Shown here: positions 12,869 to 25,056 of the stretch, piece after piece
Position numbering within the stretch: position 1 is the first letter of the stretch
Layout: every line of letters starts with the position of its first letter
NCBI GenBank assembly: GCA_951406725.2
Contig: OX597815.1
Span: forward strand, 214,954,001-215,018,000
Source: Octopus vulgaris
Lineage: Eukaryota
Length of the DNA: 64,000 nt
Direction of reading: 5' to 3'
The notes under the pieces: model-generated
The model's input: the letters and a program-made list of their open reading frames with translations, nothing else
What the model was told of the DNA's origin: nothing
The model's database searches: none
Made by a program: the position numbers and the translations under genes

Positions 12869-14104
12869 TTGATTGGTTGATAGCAAAATCTCCCTACAAA
12901 TAAAATGTTAGTCTATCGCACGTAGTTTTTCACCTGCCAATAGAATTAACTTTGACATTGCAATACAGTAAAATGCTCATCAGTAATTGAAACCGGTGTG
13001 AACTATAACCCCTAACAGTTCTTAGAGCTTGTTGGATTCAGAGCTGTAAAGAGTTATGTCTTGGCCACAAACAACATAGTATTGGAAACAATATACATTT
13101 TAGCTGGTTGTCATGTAAGTCTTTGAGTCAACCTTTCTCCCACATCTATAATTTTTACGTGAATTTTTCTCCATGCAAGCCTAAGGTGGATGTGGTTAGT
13201 TATTTAAAATTTTATACAGGTATGTTGTTGGAGTGATTTATTTTTACAGTTAGATACCCTTCTTACTGTCAATCTCTCTTGTTAGTTGCACTGACTGATT
13301 GGAAATCTTCTGTAGCAAAGGTTGTAGAGTTTCAAGGTTTGGAGAGTAAATATAATAATGCAGTTAAAAAGATATCACTTTAACCTCACAATTTGTAATG
13401 TATATACATGCATATATTTATTTGTGTGTGTGTTTTCATTATCATCATCATCATCATCATTTGATGTTTGTTTTTCATGCTGGTGTGGATTGGACAGTTC
13501 AACAAACTGAAACTACAGAAGCCTGCATCAGGCCCTGCTCTCTGTTTTGGCATGGTTTCTGTGGCTGGCTGCCTTACCTAACATCAACCACTTTACAGAG
13601 TATACTTACTACTTTTTACTTGGCACCAGCAGCAATGGGTTTACCAAGTTCTCTACAAGACAAGTATTGAGGGACAGAAACTTTAAGACTTTAAGCAGTG
13701 GTTGCATAGTTAAGGTGCTTGATTATTGGCCTAAAGATCAAATAAGAAAGATACCAAACGTTTTTGTAAAACATCAGGTAGTGTTTTTAGGTCAGTCGCA
13801 TTGCTCTTCTTGTCCCAGTTGTTTGTTTTGAAACTTAAACAGACACACCACTCCCATTTCATTGTTGAATAACTTTTGTTATGAAAATCTTTCCAGCTAT
13901 AAAAAGAAAGTACTTGCTTTAGTAAATCATACTTGACGGCTCATGACCTTGTGGTTAGGATATTCAGGTCACAGTTATGATGTCATGTATTCAACTCCTA
14001 TACTGAGGGGATTACTTTTGTGTCCTTAAGTAAGGCACTTCATTTTAATTTGCTCTAATTTAATCAGCTGTAAACCAGTACCAGCTGGGTACTGGTGCTG
14101 ATCT

Positions 14105-14138
<34 letters not shown>

Positions 14139-14771
14139 ACTCCCTCCTCTCTCTCCTTCCCTCTCTTTCTCCTTCCTTCTCTCTCACTCTCTCTCTAGCA
14201 ATCACATCCTAATATCCAGTTGGATTAAAGGTTCCTATGTCTGCTTGTGATCTTGTGAGCACCCATAACAATTAATAAAGCATGATACATGTCACAAAGC
14301 TATACTCATGAGTGACTGTCAGCTGTAAATATACCTGAAATGATTTTTAAGAAAAGACAAATTCCAACTATGGCATTCTTAGAAATTGAGCATAAATAGT
14401 GCTTAAGATATGTAATATGTAAATAGGTATTAGTTAATTAATAGCATCTGAATACAATTGCATTGTGTATTCAATGTGTCTCTTTAGAAATCTGAGCTAG
14501 CTAATTGTCCAAATGTAAAAATTAGTTCCATTATATTTGGAATACAGGAAATGGTGTGGAATTATACAGAGGGAAAATATGTGCCTTAAGATATAAAATT
14601 CTGTACCTTATTTTGTACCACTTTGTTTTAAGTCGAAACCCTGCAGGGAGCAACTTTACCCTCCATTTTCCAAAATTCAGTTTAAGTGCCAATAAGATCT
14701 TCACTACACTACATTTAAAAATTCATTTTACTTATTTTATTTCATTTTCTTAAAGAACTTAGATATCAGGA

Positions 14772-14813
<42 letters not shown>

Positions 14814-14822
14814 ACTCCATGT

Positions 14823-15070
14823 GGAGGCGCATGGCTTAGTGGTTAAGGTGTCAGCACCATGATCATAAGATTGTGGTTTCGATTCCTGGACCGGGTGATG
14901 CATTGTGTTCTTGAGCAAAACACTTTATTTCACGTTGCTCCAGTCCACTCAGCTGGAAAAAATGAGTAACGCTGCAATGGACTGGCGTCCCGTCCAGCTG
15001 GGGAACACATACGCCATAGAAAGTGGGAAACCAGACCCATGAGCCTTGATAGGCTTTAAAAGGGTGCATT
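14823..15070 (+). mobile_element. tRNA-derived SINE (family B), well preserved
   Basis: ggaggcgcatggcttagtggttaag (A box) ... ggtttcgattcc (B box), then a core and tail also seen at 1117-1170, 8992-9225 and 29545-29700. Confidence 0.88.
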
Positions 15071-16331
15071 TATTTTATTTTTATTGTACCCCATACATTC
15101 TTTTCTATACTACACTCCAAGCAATATTGGTTTCAAATTCTGGCAGAAAGCCAGCAATTTCTGTGGGGTAGACTATTCAGGCATCTCTTCTATAGGGTAC
15201 TATCAGAAGTAACCAGCTGGATTCCCAAGAGTGTACCAACTGAGACTATGGATATTATCCAACCATTTTGTTCATTGTCCACCCCTAGATCTCCTGCTAC
15301 TTGGCTTGGCTTGAGGAATCCATCTTGCAATTTTTTCCTGTAGGATTCTAATTATATGTCAATAGTACCAGAGCTGTAACCTCTCAATTGAGAGAAGTGG
15401 AAGCTTGACTTGAAGAGACTTATATTATTATAATGCCTAGCATGGCAGAAATGTATGTCTTTTTCCAGCAATAAATGGCGGTGTCCCAGCATGGCCACAG
15501 CTCTCAAGTTGAAACTAGTTAATGTGTTAATATATAATGCATCAATATACAAAATGAATTGACGGATCTATCAGAAATTGTGGCTTTTAATCTAGCTATC
15601 AATCCCAAAGTAGATACTTGGTCATTCTCAGAGCAGTTTACTACAGTTAAGTAGTGATGTGTGTGTTTGTGTGTGTGTGTGTATCCAGAATATAAGGCAA
15701 ATTACTCAATAAGAGAATGGGGCTACTTGATTATTTAGATGATGGCATTTACAAGACCAGTCATGCTTCATTCAGATGAATTCTAAAATGAATAAAACAG
15801 TCAGTAAGTGCCATTGCTTAAAAAAACATTTAATCATTTTACAGGTGTGTGTGTAGTTTAGTGATGATATACAATATCAATAAATGTGGAGCTATATTTT
15901 CATTTTTGCTAATCCTGATACAACAAACCCAACCTTTGATATACTATCTGTGCAGAATGTTGATCTACAAAGGTGTTGTCCTCTGTCATGTCTGTTGCTT
16001 TGGCTGTTTTGTTGTTGTTTTTTTGCTCTTATTATTCATCATTATATGTTTAAGAAGTTCATGTTATAATTGTTACCAATGCTATTTCCTGTGACACTAA
16101 TACAAGTCAATACAAAAATATTAATATTTATTGTAATTTGTTGTGAAATCATTAACATACAGTAATGCCTTGTTAAGTGTTTTGTTTATATCTCCAAAAT
16201 GAAATACCATGATAAGCAAAAAGAAAAGACATTCTTCCAGAATTCTTATAATATAGTCTATATAGGGGTGGAATCTTAAGAGATAATATTATGTGTAATA
16301 TAAAGATAGTAAAACTTGTAAATTACAATTA

Positions 16332-16510
16332 CCGCATTTTCTGGCATACAAGTTAACATAACATGTAGTATGAACATGTTGTATAAACTAAAATACCATC
16401 ACTATCTTTCCAAATTTTCCTGCATTTCACATGAAATTATTTATCTTCCAAAATTGTCTTAATGTATAAGCCAACTTTTTTGTTGTTGTTAATTATGCAA
16501 GAAAATGCGG
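16332..16510. mobile_element. Tc1/mariner-superfamily (pogo/Tc2-like) MITE
   Basis: TA|CCGCATTTTCT ... AGAAAATGCGG|TA terminal inverted repeats with TA duplication. Confidence 0.7.
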
Positions 16511-16838
16511 TAATAAAAGTCTAATATTATTATAAATACATTCTTTCAAAAGTAGACTGTAGGATGAAACTCTAAAACTCTTGTATACCATGCTGAATCA
16601 AAAGGATTAAATGTACCACTTATCAGGGTTTTACTGTAATACTAATATTTCATTGGTCACTAATATTATGTTATATGATTTGAATTCATTAATACATTAT
16701 GTGTGTGTATAGCATATATATATATATATACGCTATATTTCTTTCTAATATTTGTTATCACACTATTTTAAAATGCATTACAATATATATATCTGATTAA
16801 ATTTTGAATGAAAAACAACTCTAATAATGTAAATATAC

Positions 16839-17023
16839 CAGTTGCACGTACACAGTGTACGAGATTCGTTTATACAACAATTTGCTGTGGCGTAGCATCC
16901 CGGGAAAACTCTCTACGTGACACCAAGTTTAACACTCAGCGTCATGTAGGGAGCTTTCCCAGGAGCTTATCCCACAGCAAATTGTCATATAAACAAAACA
17001 CATACATTGTGTATGTACAACTG
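16839..17023. repeat. Fold-back element, about 83-bp arms, 19-nt loop
   Basis: 16839-16921 is the reverse complement of 16941-17023 with scattered substitutions; unpaired tail to the left; (TA)-rich flanks. Confidence 0.8.
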
Positions 17024-17066
17024 ATAATATATATACATATGTATGTATATGTATGTATATGTATAC

Positions 17067-17097
<31 letters not shown>

Positions 17098-17145
17098 TGC
17101 ATGTATATATGTGTATATATGTATGTATGTATGTATATGTGCATA

Positions 17146-17187
<42 letters not shown>

Positions 17188-17335
17188 GTATATATATGTA
17201 TATATATATGTGTGTATATATGTTTATATTTGTATGTATGTGTATATATATATATATATATATATGTTCATATACATATATATATGTATGTGTGATGTAT
17301 GTATGTATATGTTTATATATATATATATATATATA

Positions 17336-17733
17336 GGCACAGGAGTGGCTGTGTGGTAAGTAGCTTGTTTACCAACCACATGGTTCCAGGTTCAGTCCCA
17401 CTGCGTGGCACCTTGGGCAAGTGTCATCTACTATAGCCTCGGGCCAACCAAAGCCTTGTGAGTGGATTTGGTAGACAGAAACTGAAAGAAGCCCGTTGTA
17501 TGTACATATATATATATATATATATATATGTTTGTGTGTCTGTGTTTGTCCCCCTAGTATTGCTTGACAACCGATGCTGGTGTGTTTATGTCCCCGTTAC
17601 TGAGCGGTTCTGCAAAAGAGACCCGTAGAATAAGTACTGGACTTACAAAAGAATAAGTCCCGGGGTCGAGTTGCTCAATTAAAGGCGGTGCTCCAGCATG
17701 GCCACAGTCAAATGACTGAAACAAGTAAAAGAG
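17336..17733 (+). mobile_element. tRNA-derived SINE (family A)
   Basis: Full head, internal microsatellite and tail matching the 10214 copy. Confidence 0.9.
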
Positions 17734-17740
17734 TATATAT

Positions 17741-19542
17741 CATCATCATCATCATCATCGTTTAACATCCACCTTCCATGCTAGCATGGGTTGGACGGTT
17801 CGACCGGGGTTCTGGGAAGCCAGAAGGCTGCACCAGGCTCCAGTCTAAATTTGGCAATGTTTCTACAGCTGGATGCCCTTCCTAACGCCAACCACTCCGT
17901 GAGTGTAGTGGGTGCTTTTTACGTGCCACCTGCACAGGTGCCAGGCGGGGCTGGCAACGGCCACGGTCAGATTGGTGTATTTTATGTGCCACCGGCACGG
18001 AAGCCAGTCGAGGCGGTGCTGGCATCGGCCACGAGTCGGATAGTGCTTTTTACGTACCACCAGACCAGGGATCCTGGCTGGTTCAATTCGATTTCGATTT
18101 CGCTTGCCCCAACATGTCTTCACAAGTAAAGGGGGTTGGCAAGGGTGCCTGTCGTACGGTCGCATTGGAGTATTTTACGTGCCACGGCCACGAGTCGGAT
18201 AGTGCTTTTTACGTACCACCAGGCCAGGGATCCTGGCTGGTTCAATTCGGTTTCGATTTCGATTTCACAAGCAAAGGGGTTGCATGGGTGCCTGTCAACA
18301 TCGCATTGGAGTATTTTCGTGCAAGCATGGGGATAGGTTGGCAGGGATCCTGGCTGGTCGTCGGATGAGATTTTCATGTCTTATCGATGGGTGTCTGTCG
18401 TCGGATGAGGTTCTATATCGACTTCGCTTGCCTCAACCGGTCTTTGTGTCCAAGGGAGGAAAGGCATTCATAAGTGGGCTGGGCTCACTTGTCCTGCCTG
18501 GTCTTCTCACGTACAGAATATTTCCAAAGGTCTCGGTCTCTGGTCATTTCCTCAGTGAGGCCTAAAGTTCGAAGGTCGTGCTTCACCACCTCGTCCCAGG
18601 TTTTCCTGGGTCTACCTCTTCCACGGGTTCCCTCAACTGCTAGGGATTGGCACTTTCTCACACACCTATCTTCATCCATTCTCGCCACATGACCATACCA
18701 GCGCAATCGTCTCTCTTGCACACCACAACTGATGCTTCTTAGGTACAACATTTCTCTCAAGGTGCTAACGCTCTGTCGAGTATGTACACTGACATTACAC
18801 ATCCATCGGAGCATACTGGCTTCATTCCTCACGAGCTTACGCATGTCCTCAGCAGTCACGGCCCATGTTTCGCTGCCATGTAGCATGGCTGTTCGTACAC
18901 ACGCATCATACAGTCTGCCTTTTACTCTGAGCGAGAGGCCTTTAGTCACCAGCAGAGGTAAGAGCTCCCTAAACTTTGCCCAGGCTATTCTTATTCTAGC
19001 AGTTACACTTTCAGCGCACCCACCCCCACTACTGACTTGGTCACCTAGATAACGGAAGCTATCAACTACTTCTAGTTTTTCCCCCTGGAAAGTGACGGAA
19101 GTTGTTTTCTGCAGATTTTCGGAGGTTAATGCTCCCGAGCATCTGCCACATACAAAAACTATCTTCCCAGTTAGCCTACCTTTCACATTGCTGCACCTCT
19201 TATGTGTCCATAGCTTACACTGGGTACATCTTATAGAGTTTCTACCTACACCTTTTCTACAGATCGAGCAGGGCCATCTTCCTGAAGATATTTGTGGATT
19301 GTCTACCTTTCTACTTATTAGTACTTTGGTTTTAGCTAGGTTGACTCTAAGGCCCCTTGATTCTAAACCCTCCTTCCACACCTGGAACTTCTCCTCCAGT
19401 TCTGATAGTGACTCAGCAATAAGAGCAAGGTCGTCAGCGTAGAGGAGCTCCCAGGGACAGCCTGTCTTGAATTCCTCCGTAATTGCCTGGAGTACTATGA
19501 TAAATAGGAGGGGGCTGAGTACTGAACCCTGGTGGACCCCAA

Positions 19543-19543
<1 letters not shown>
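17741..19543 (-). mobile_element. 5'-truncated RTE-clade LINE with about 740-bp 3' UTR and (GAT)n tail
   Basis: RT C-terminal ORF followed by a 3' UTR shared with many short copies in the window; (CAT)n at 17741-17760 on the plus strand. Confidence 0.92.
18485..19543 (-). CDS. RTE LINE ORF fragment: reverse transcriptase C-terminal half with inserted PHD-type zinc finger
   Basis: Frame is open upstream of the listed start, to 19543: VGVHQGSVLSPLLF...ELLYADDLAL; then CSIC-x10-CTQC-x4-H-x2-C-x14-CGRC; then RTE motifs FRYLG, LHGSETW, RLRWYGHV, RGRGRPRKTW. Confidence 0.92.
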
Positions 19544-19578
<35 letters not shown>

Positions 19579-19603
19579 TATATATATATGTATGTGTGAT
19601 GTA

Positions 19604-19640
<37 letters not shown>

Positions 19641-19668
19641 TCATATATATATATGTATGTGTGATGTA

Positions 19669-19705
<37 letters not shown>

Positions 19706-19710
<5 letters not shown>

Positions 19711-20239
19711 GTTTTGCAAGATTCCTGATGTAAAATCGAGTATTGAAACAGATATTGTTGTATTTTGGGATGGTCATTTTACTTATTTATTTATCTCTTT
19801 TTTGCCGAATAAACACATACTATGTATATTTTTTCCTTCACTCTTTTATTACTGTTCCTATTTTATTATTTTAACTCATGTCCATTGTCCGGAAATCTTT
19901 CATCACACATCTGTGACCTCTTCAGTGTCACTTTTTGTTTCTGTGTGTATTCTTGCTCCACTTACTCCATTTTGTTCTTCTAAGATGCATGCACACATAA
20001 GGATACACATTTTAGAAGAACAGAATGGAGTAGGTGGAGCAAGAACACACACAGAAACGAAAAGTGTCACTGAAGAAGTCACAGATGTGTGACAAAAGAT
20101 TTCCAGACAATGGACATGAGTTAAAATAATAAAATAGGAACAGTAATAAGCGAGTGAAGAAAAAAATATATATATAGCATGTGTGTTTATTTGGCAAAAA
20201 AATAATAAATAAAATGACCATCCCGAAATACAATAATAT
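19706..20239. mobile_element. Fold-back element, about 235-bp arms, hammerhead-like motif in each arm
   Basis: Arms 19752-19987 and 20008-20239, left tail 19706-19751, (TA)n flanks; CUGAAGA-GUCACA-gaug-UGUGAC-GAAA reconstructable at 19886-19930(-) and 20065-20109(+). Confidence 0.8.
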
Positions 20240-20879
20240 ATATATATATATATATATTTATAATAAGATTAGCTCGTATACGAGTGGGTATATATTTGTA
20301 AAAAATGAAGTTTGAAAATGCTGCTATATTAGACAAATTTTAATTTTTATATATACATTATTTATTTAACATGTTTCGGTTCTTGAAATGACGAACCTTA
20401 TAAAAAAAAATATATATAAAAAAGATAGTTCATGCTATCAAATATAAAAAATTCATATATAATATTCAATAGAGTCAAACATAAAAAACTCATATATAGT
20501 AAAGCGAGTCCATGCTATATGTTTAAAGAGTATGATGTAGTAGTTCATAGTGGTGATATGCATTCAATAGAGTCAAATATAAAAAATTCATGTTCTTGAA
20601 AAAGCGAGGAATTCATTTTAGATTTTACCTTGTGTTCCAATGGGAGCAACTGTAATGATTTTTGGTTGGTGTCTGTTCGTATAGTTTTGGTGAATTTTGT
20701 GAATTGTTTGGGTTTATATCAGCTCAGCTTAGCTGTCTCACTTGCATTTTTCACTGACGTCATATAGTTCCCAACCAATCAAAACTCAGTCTCAACGAAT
20801 ATATCCTGTTAGGAAACCAACCAAGCAGAACGACAGTTTGGTCACGGAAGAAATACGTCATCCTTGATTTTGACGGATT

Positions 20880-21178
20880 GAAATTAGATCTGATCCATGA
20901 CTGTATCCTGTTAGGTGGCTAGTCCAGCGGAACGAGACATCAATGTTTTGACCGATCATCTCGTTAGGTGGCTAGTCCAGCAGAACGGGACGTCATCAAT
21001 GTTTTGACCAATCATCCCGTTAGGTGGCTAGTCGAGCAGAACGAGACGTCATCAATGTTTTGACCAATCAGAATCGGGTCTGACCTATAGCTGTATTAGA
21101 TCTGACCCATGACTGTATCCTGTTAGGTGGCTAGTCCAGCGGAACGAGACGTCATCAATGTTTTGACCAATCATCCCA
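20880..21178. repeat. About 56-bp minisatellite (4 units with higher-order duplication)
   Basis: Unit gttaggtggctagtccagcagaacgggacgtcatcaatgttttgaccaatcatccc at about 20910, 20963, 21019 and 21122. Confidence 0.9.
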
Positions 21179-21189
21179 AGTTGAAGCAC

Positions 21190-21570
21190 CATGTCAGTCT
21201 GATATTATCTGCACACCTTGAATAAGGTGAATAAAATCAAAATAAGCATCAGGATATCAAGTGGTGATGCAGTACGACCGTTTCAAGTGGCTCCATTCAA
21301 TTGAACAATGTAATCATTACATCAATTCAAATGCAGTGCCATCTTCAGATGCACAAATAAATAAATGGAATTCTAACAAGTGGGACACTTTAATATAATT
21401 TTTATCAGATAATATGTCCTACTTGTTATAATTCCATTTATTTATTTGTGCAGCTGGAGATGCCTCTGTATTTAAATTGATGTAATGATTGCATTGTTCA
21501 ATTAAATGGAACTGCTTGGAACAGTTGTACTGCATCACTTCTTGATATCCTGTTGCTTATTTTGATTATA
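21190..21570. mobile_element. Fold-back element, about 155-bp arms, hammerhead motif in each arm
   Basis: Arms 21232-21388 and 21415-21570; minus strand of the left arm reads UGCAU-CUGAAGA-UGGC...GCCA-CUU-GAAA-CGGUCG-UA-CUGCA. Confidence 0.8.
21268..21353 (-). ncRNA. Type I hammerhead-like motif with long stem II
   Basis: CUGAAGA and GAAAC-GGUCG-UA present; stem I UGCAG/CUGCA when the two arms are combined; 3 extra nt before GAAA. Confidence 0.6.
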
Positions 21571-22774
21571 TATATGTATGTGTATAGGTGTGCATGTGTG
21601 TGGATATATATATGTATATATATATCACTAAATCATTTTTATGTTTAGAATCTATTGCTATGTTGCTGATTTTTCTTCTCTGTTATGTCTCTACTATTTC
21701 TAACATTACATTTGATATAAACTTTTTACAATGTTACTAATATTTATTAACACTTGATGACTAGCCATCTCCAATATTTTACTCCATTGAAACATGCAAT
21801 GAAATCAATTTGCATGTCTTTATATATATATATATATATTTATATACATCCTTGTAGATACACACTTCCATTCATCCACCAACATACACACAACACACAT
21901 ACTCACATTCATACACACACATAAATATACAAATGAGAAAGATAAAAAACTAACTCAATACATTCATTTGAAGCTAAAATTTCAGTCTGTTCAAACTCCA
22001 TGAATTTCATGCCTGGTATTTTACATTACTAGAAACAAGAAATGCAAATGAAATGTTTTGCCACCATCTAGTTGGTGTTGCTGATCCGACGTTGATTTTT
22101 TTGCATATCAGATATTTTAACCTTACTCTCTCTTACTCTTCCTCTTCCACTCTTCCTCTTCCTCTCTGTCTCTCTCCCTCTCTTTAAGTGTGTGAGCAAA
22201 CAGTTACATTCGCATGTATGTGTAATGCCTCTCTTTCATTCTTATTCTCTTTATTTATTTGTGATGTGAGTGTGTTTGCCACCAGTGCTAAAACACACTG
22301 TCACCAAAACTGGTTGAATATCCATTCAGCCATGCCGAAACGTCTGTGTCCAAACAGCTGCACTCAATCAACTCAGTTTGGCAAAAGACTCAATATAGCA
22401 ATGGGAAGACTGTCTTCTAATGTTTAGCTCTTTAGCATTCAGATCAGTCTCTCAAATACAATGCTTATTTATTCACATTATTTTGAATTAATCATTCATT
22501 TTCTCATAGCTTCAAGATCTTGATGATGTGACTGTTTATTTTTAGAACAACATTATAGGGCAGGTGTGAGAAGCCAGATCTGGCCAGTTTAAACATAAAA
22601 ACGGAGAATATATCAGCTAGATATGGCCAGTTTGAATGTCAAAGGGTTCTATTTTAAAACATTGGTATTTTGCTTAGCAACAGTTTTTAGTTGGTTGAGA
22701 GTAATTTAATCATTATATTGTACAGTGATTCCAATTATATAGAAACTCCTTCATTTATTTGTTCCATAACTGGC

Positions 22775-23098
22775 ACTCTGTCCATTACAACAAGGGTTGC
22801 AGCTGATCTGATCAACGGAACAGACTGCTCATGAAATTAATGAAATTAATGTACATGTGGTTGAGTGCTCCACAAACACATGTACTTTTAACATTGTTCT
22901 CATGGAGATTCAGCATAACACAGGGTGTAACAAGGTTGGCCCTTTGAAATAAAGGTACTACTCACTTTTGCCAGTTGAGTGGACTGGGGTAGCATGAAAT
23001 AAAGTGTCTTGCACAAGGATACAATGCATCGCTGGTTATTGAACTCCCAACTTTACAATCATGAGCTGAATGCTCTAACCACTAAGCCACATACCTTC
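22775..23098 (-). mobile_element. SINE (family B), degenerate
   Basis: Reverse complement of the 2298-2620 type. Confidence 0.75.
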
Positions 23099-23413
23099 AT
23101 ATTTGTTCCAATAACCATTCTATAATTTCCCTAGGCAAGTTATGTTACTTAACTTGTTGGCGTCTGTCAGCTTCAATAAAAATTAGTGCTTTCAATGGTG
23201 AATATTTTATGATGGGAAAGATAAGTGTCTACTATTAAAAGAAATATAGAAGCACAATAATATTAATAAAAAAAGAAACAGAATGGTTATTCCTATGATA
23301 CATAAATGTCAGTATTTCAAAAAAAAATCAAACAAGCCAGCTTGGGAAAATTGATATAACAAATTTTTTTTTTTTTAATTAGTTTTCAAAGTACATTCAT
23401 GAAGCTATAAACA

Positions 23414-23519
23414 ATAGCATGTACATATTGGGTCGAAAACCCTTTTCGATAGAAAATATTGAAGGCCTTCAGCTTTTTCATGTCCAAAAGGATTTTTCAA
23501 CTCAATAGTTATATGCTAT
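23414..23519. repeat. Imperfect loopless palindrome centred on gaagg|ccttc
   Basis: atagcatgtacatattgggtcgaaaaccctttt...gaagg mirrors ccttc...aaaaggatttttcaactcaatagttatatgctat. Confidence 0.7.
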
Positions 23520-23609
23520 CTTTATATATGAACTTTGATATCCAAGTACAAAAATAAAATTATTCAACATCCTCTCGAAAATATATAAATTGTTATGATA
23601 TCAACAATA

Positions 23610-23862
23610 TCATCATCATCATCATCATCATCATTGTTTAACGTCCGTTTTCCATGCTAGCATGGGTTGGACGGTTCAACCGGGGTCTGGGAAGCCAGGA
23701 GGTTGCGCCAGGCTCCAGTCTGAACTGGTAGTGTTTCTACAGCTGGATGCCCTTCCAACCATCAACCACTCCGTGAGTGTAGTGGATGCTTTTTACGTGC
23801 CCCCGGCACAGGGGCCAGAGAAGGCTGGCAAATGGCCACGATCAGTTGGTACTTTTTAGGTG
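23610..23862 (-). mobile_element. RTE 3'-end fragment with (GAT)n tail
   Basis: Matches 17741-17990; similar copies at 13441-13670, 59587-59848, 63808-63905 (-) and 7065-7260, 40175-40378, 48198-48398, 52875-53208 (+). Confidence 0.88.
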
Positions 23863-23954
23863 TCATAAATTATAAATAGATAATATATTTATCTTACAAA
23901 TAGTCCATTAGTAATTTTATGCATCACATAAGTAATACTAATATTTACATACAT

Positions 23955-24170
23955 AAGGCAGTGAGCTGACAGGATTGTTAGCACGCTGGGCAAAATGCTT
24001 AGCGGCATTTCGTCCATCTTTACGTTCTGAGTTCAAATTTTGCCAAGGTTGACTTTGCCTTTCATCCTTTCAGGGGTCAATAAATGAGTACTAAATGAAC
24101 ACTTGAGTTGATGTAATCGACTTAGCCTCTCCTGTGAATTTACTGGCCTTGTGCTAAAATTTTAAATCAA
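23955..24170 (+). mobile_element. SINE (family C)
   Basis: Matches the units of the 1206-2225 cluster. Confidence 0.85.
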
Positions 24171-25056
24171 TATCTACATGCATATGAGAGAGGTTCTTTA
24201 AAATCACATGGCCTGCTAGAAATACGAACCAAAATCACCCTCAAATTGTGCCCTGCCATCTTATAAACAGAAGAATGAGCCAATGAAAGTGCCTCAACAG
24301 GGTTTCATGACCTACTAGAAATAGATGCTAAATTTGTTTCAACTCAAATCCCACTATCTTGAAAACAGAGAGGACACATAGGATAATGAACCCTAACCCT
24401 AACCTCCATGAAAATAGAAATTGTCGATGGAATCAAAGCTGACTTAGTCTGAACAACAACAACAAAAGAAGGAAACATTGAGCAATATCACCATCATCAT
24501 CATCATTTTGATGTCCTTTTTAACAAAAGAGCCATGCCTACACCTAATATAGATATATTAACTGATAAGACGTTCATGGCTGCAACATGACTGGTTGACA
24601 TGATCAGAGCTACCCTGGGATAACAGTCGCTTCAGTATCTAAATACAGCATAGTATCATAGTCATTTGATTCATCAGGTTGATAAAGTGGAAAACTGTGG
24701 AAGAAAATTTTATGGGTTTCTTGTTGTTTTAAACTTCAAGTCAATTCTGATTGAAGAGACACCTATCAGCAGTATTCCAGCTATGACCATCCCATTTTTT
24801 GCTTAGACTACATTACCTAATGTGTCCTTCCTTTTCCTTATGGTACAGAGTGGTTTGAGGGAGTTACACAGGTATTTCTTGCCAGCTCTGCAACTGAATA
24901 GAACAGTTGCTTGTAATTCTTTCACTGTCAAGAGCCTCTTTTATTTAGATGTATTTTCCCAAGAGGTCTCAGTCTTTTGAATGGTCTGACTATTCCACAA
25001 GTTGTAACTCTGCTCACCAACCTCTTTGTGGTCCTCTCCCCAACAAGTTTTCTGAT

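Noticed and set aside
14823-14895. tRNA gene
   Set aside because: A and B boxes are present but the sequence continues into a SINE core; no complete cloverleaf; same for the other SINE heads
16836-16865. Helitron 3' end on the minus strand (hairpin plus CTGG)
   Set aside because: Better explained as part of the fold-back arm mirrored at 16995-17023
19725-19750. CTGATG...GAAAC as a hammerhead
   Set aside because: Core lacks A9, stems do not close, and it lies antisense in the element tail
20880-21178. CRISPR-like array
   Set aside because: Contiguous tandem units without unique spacers; eukaryotic context; no cas genes
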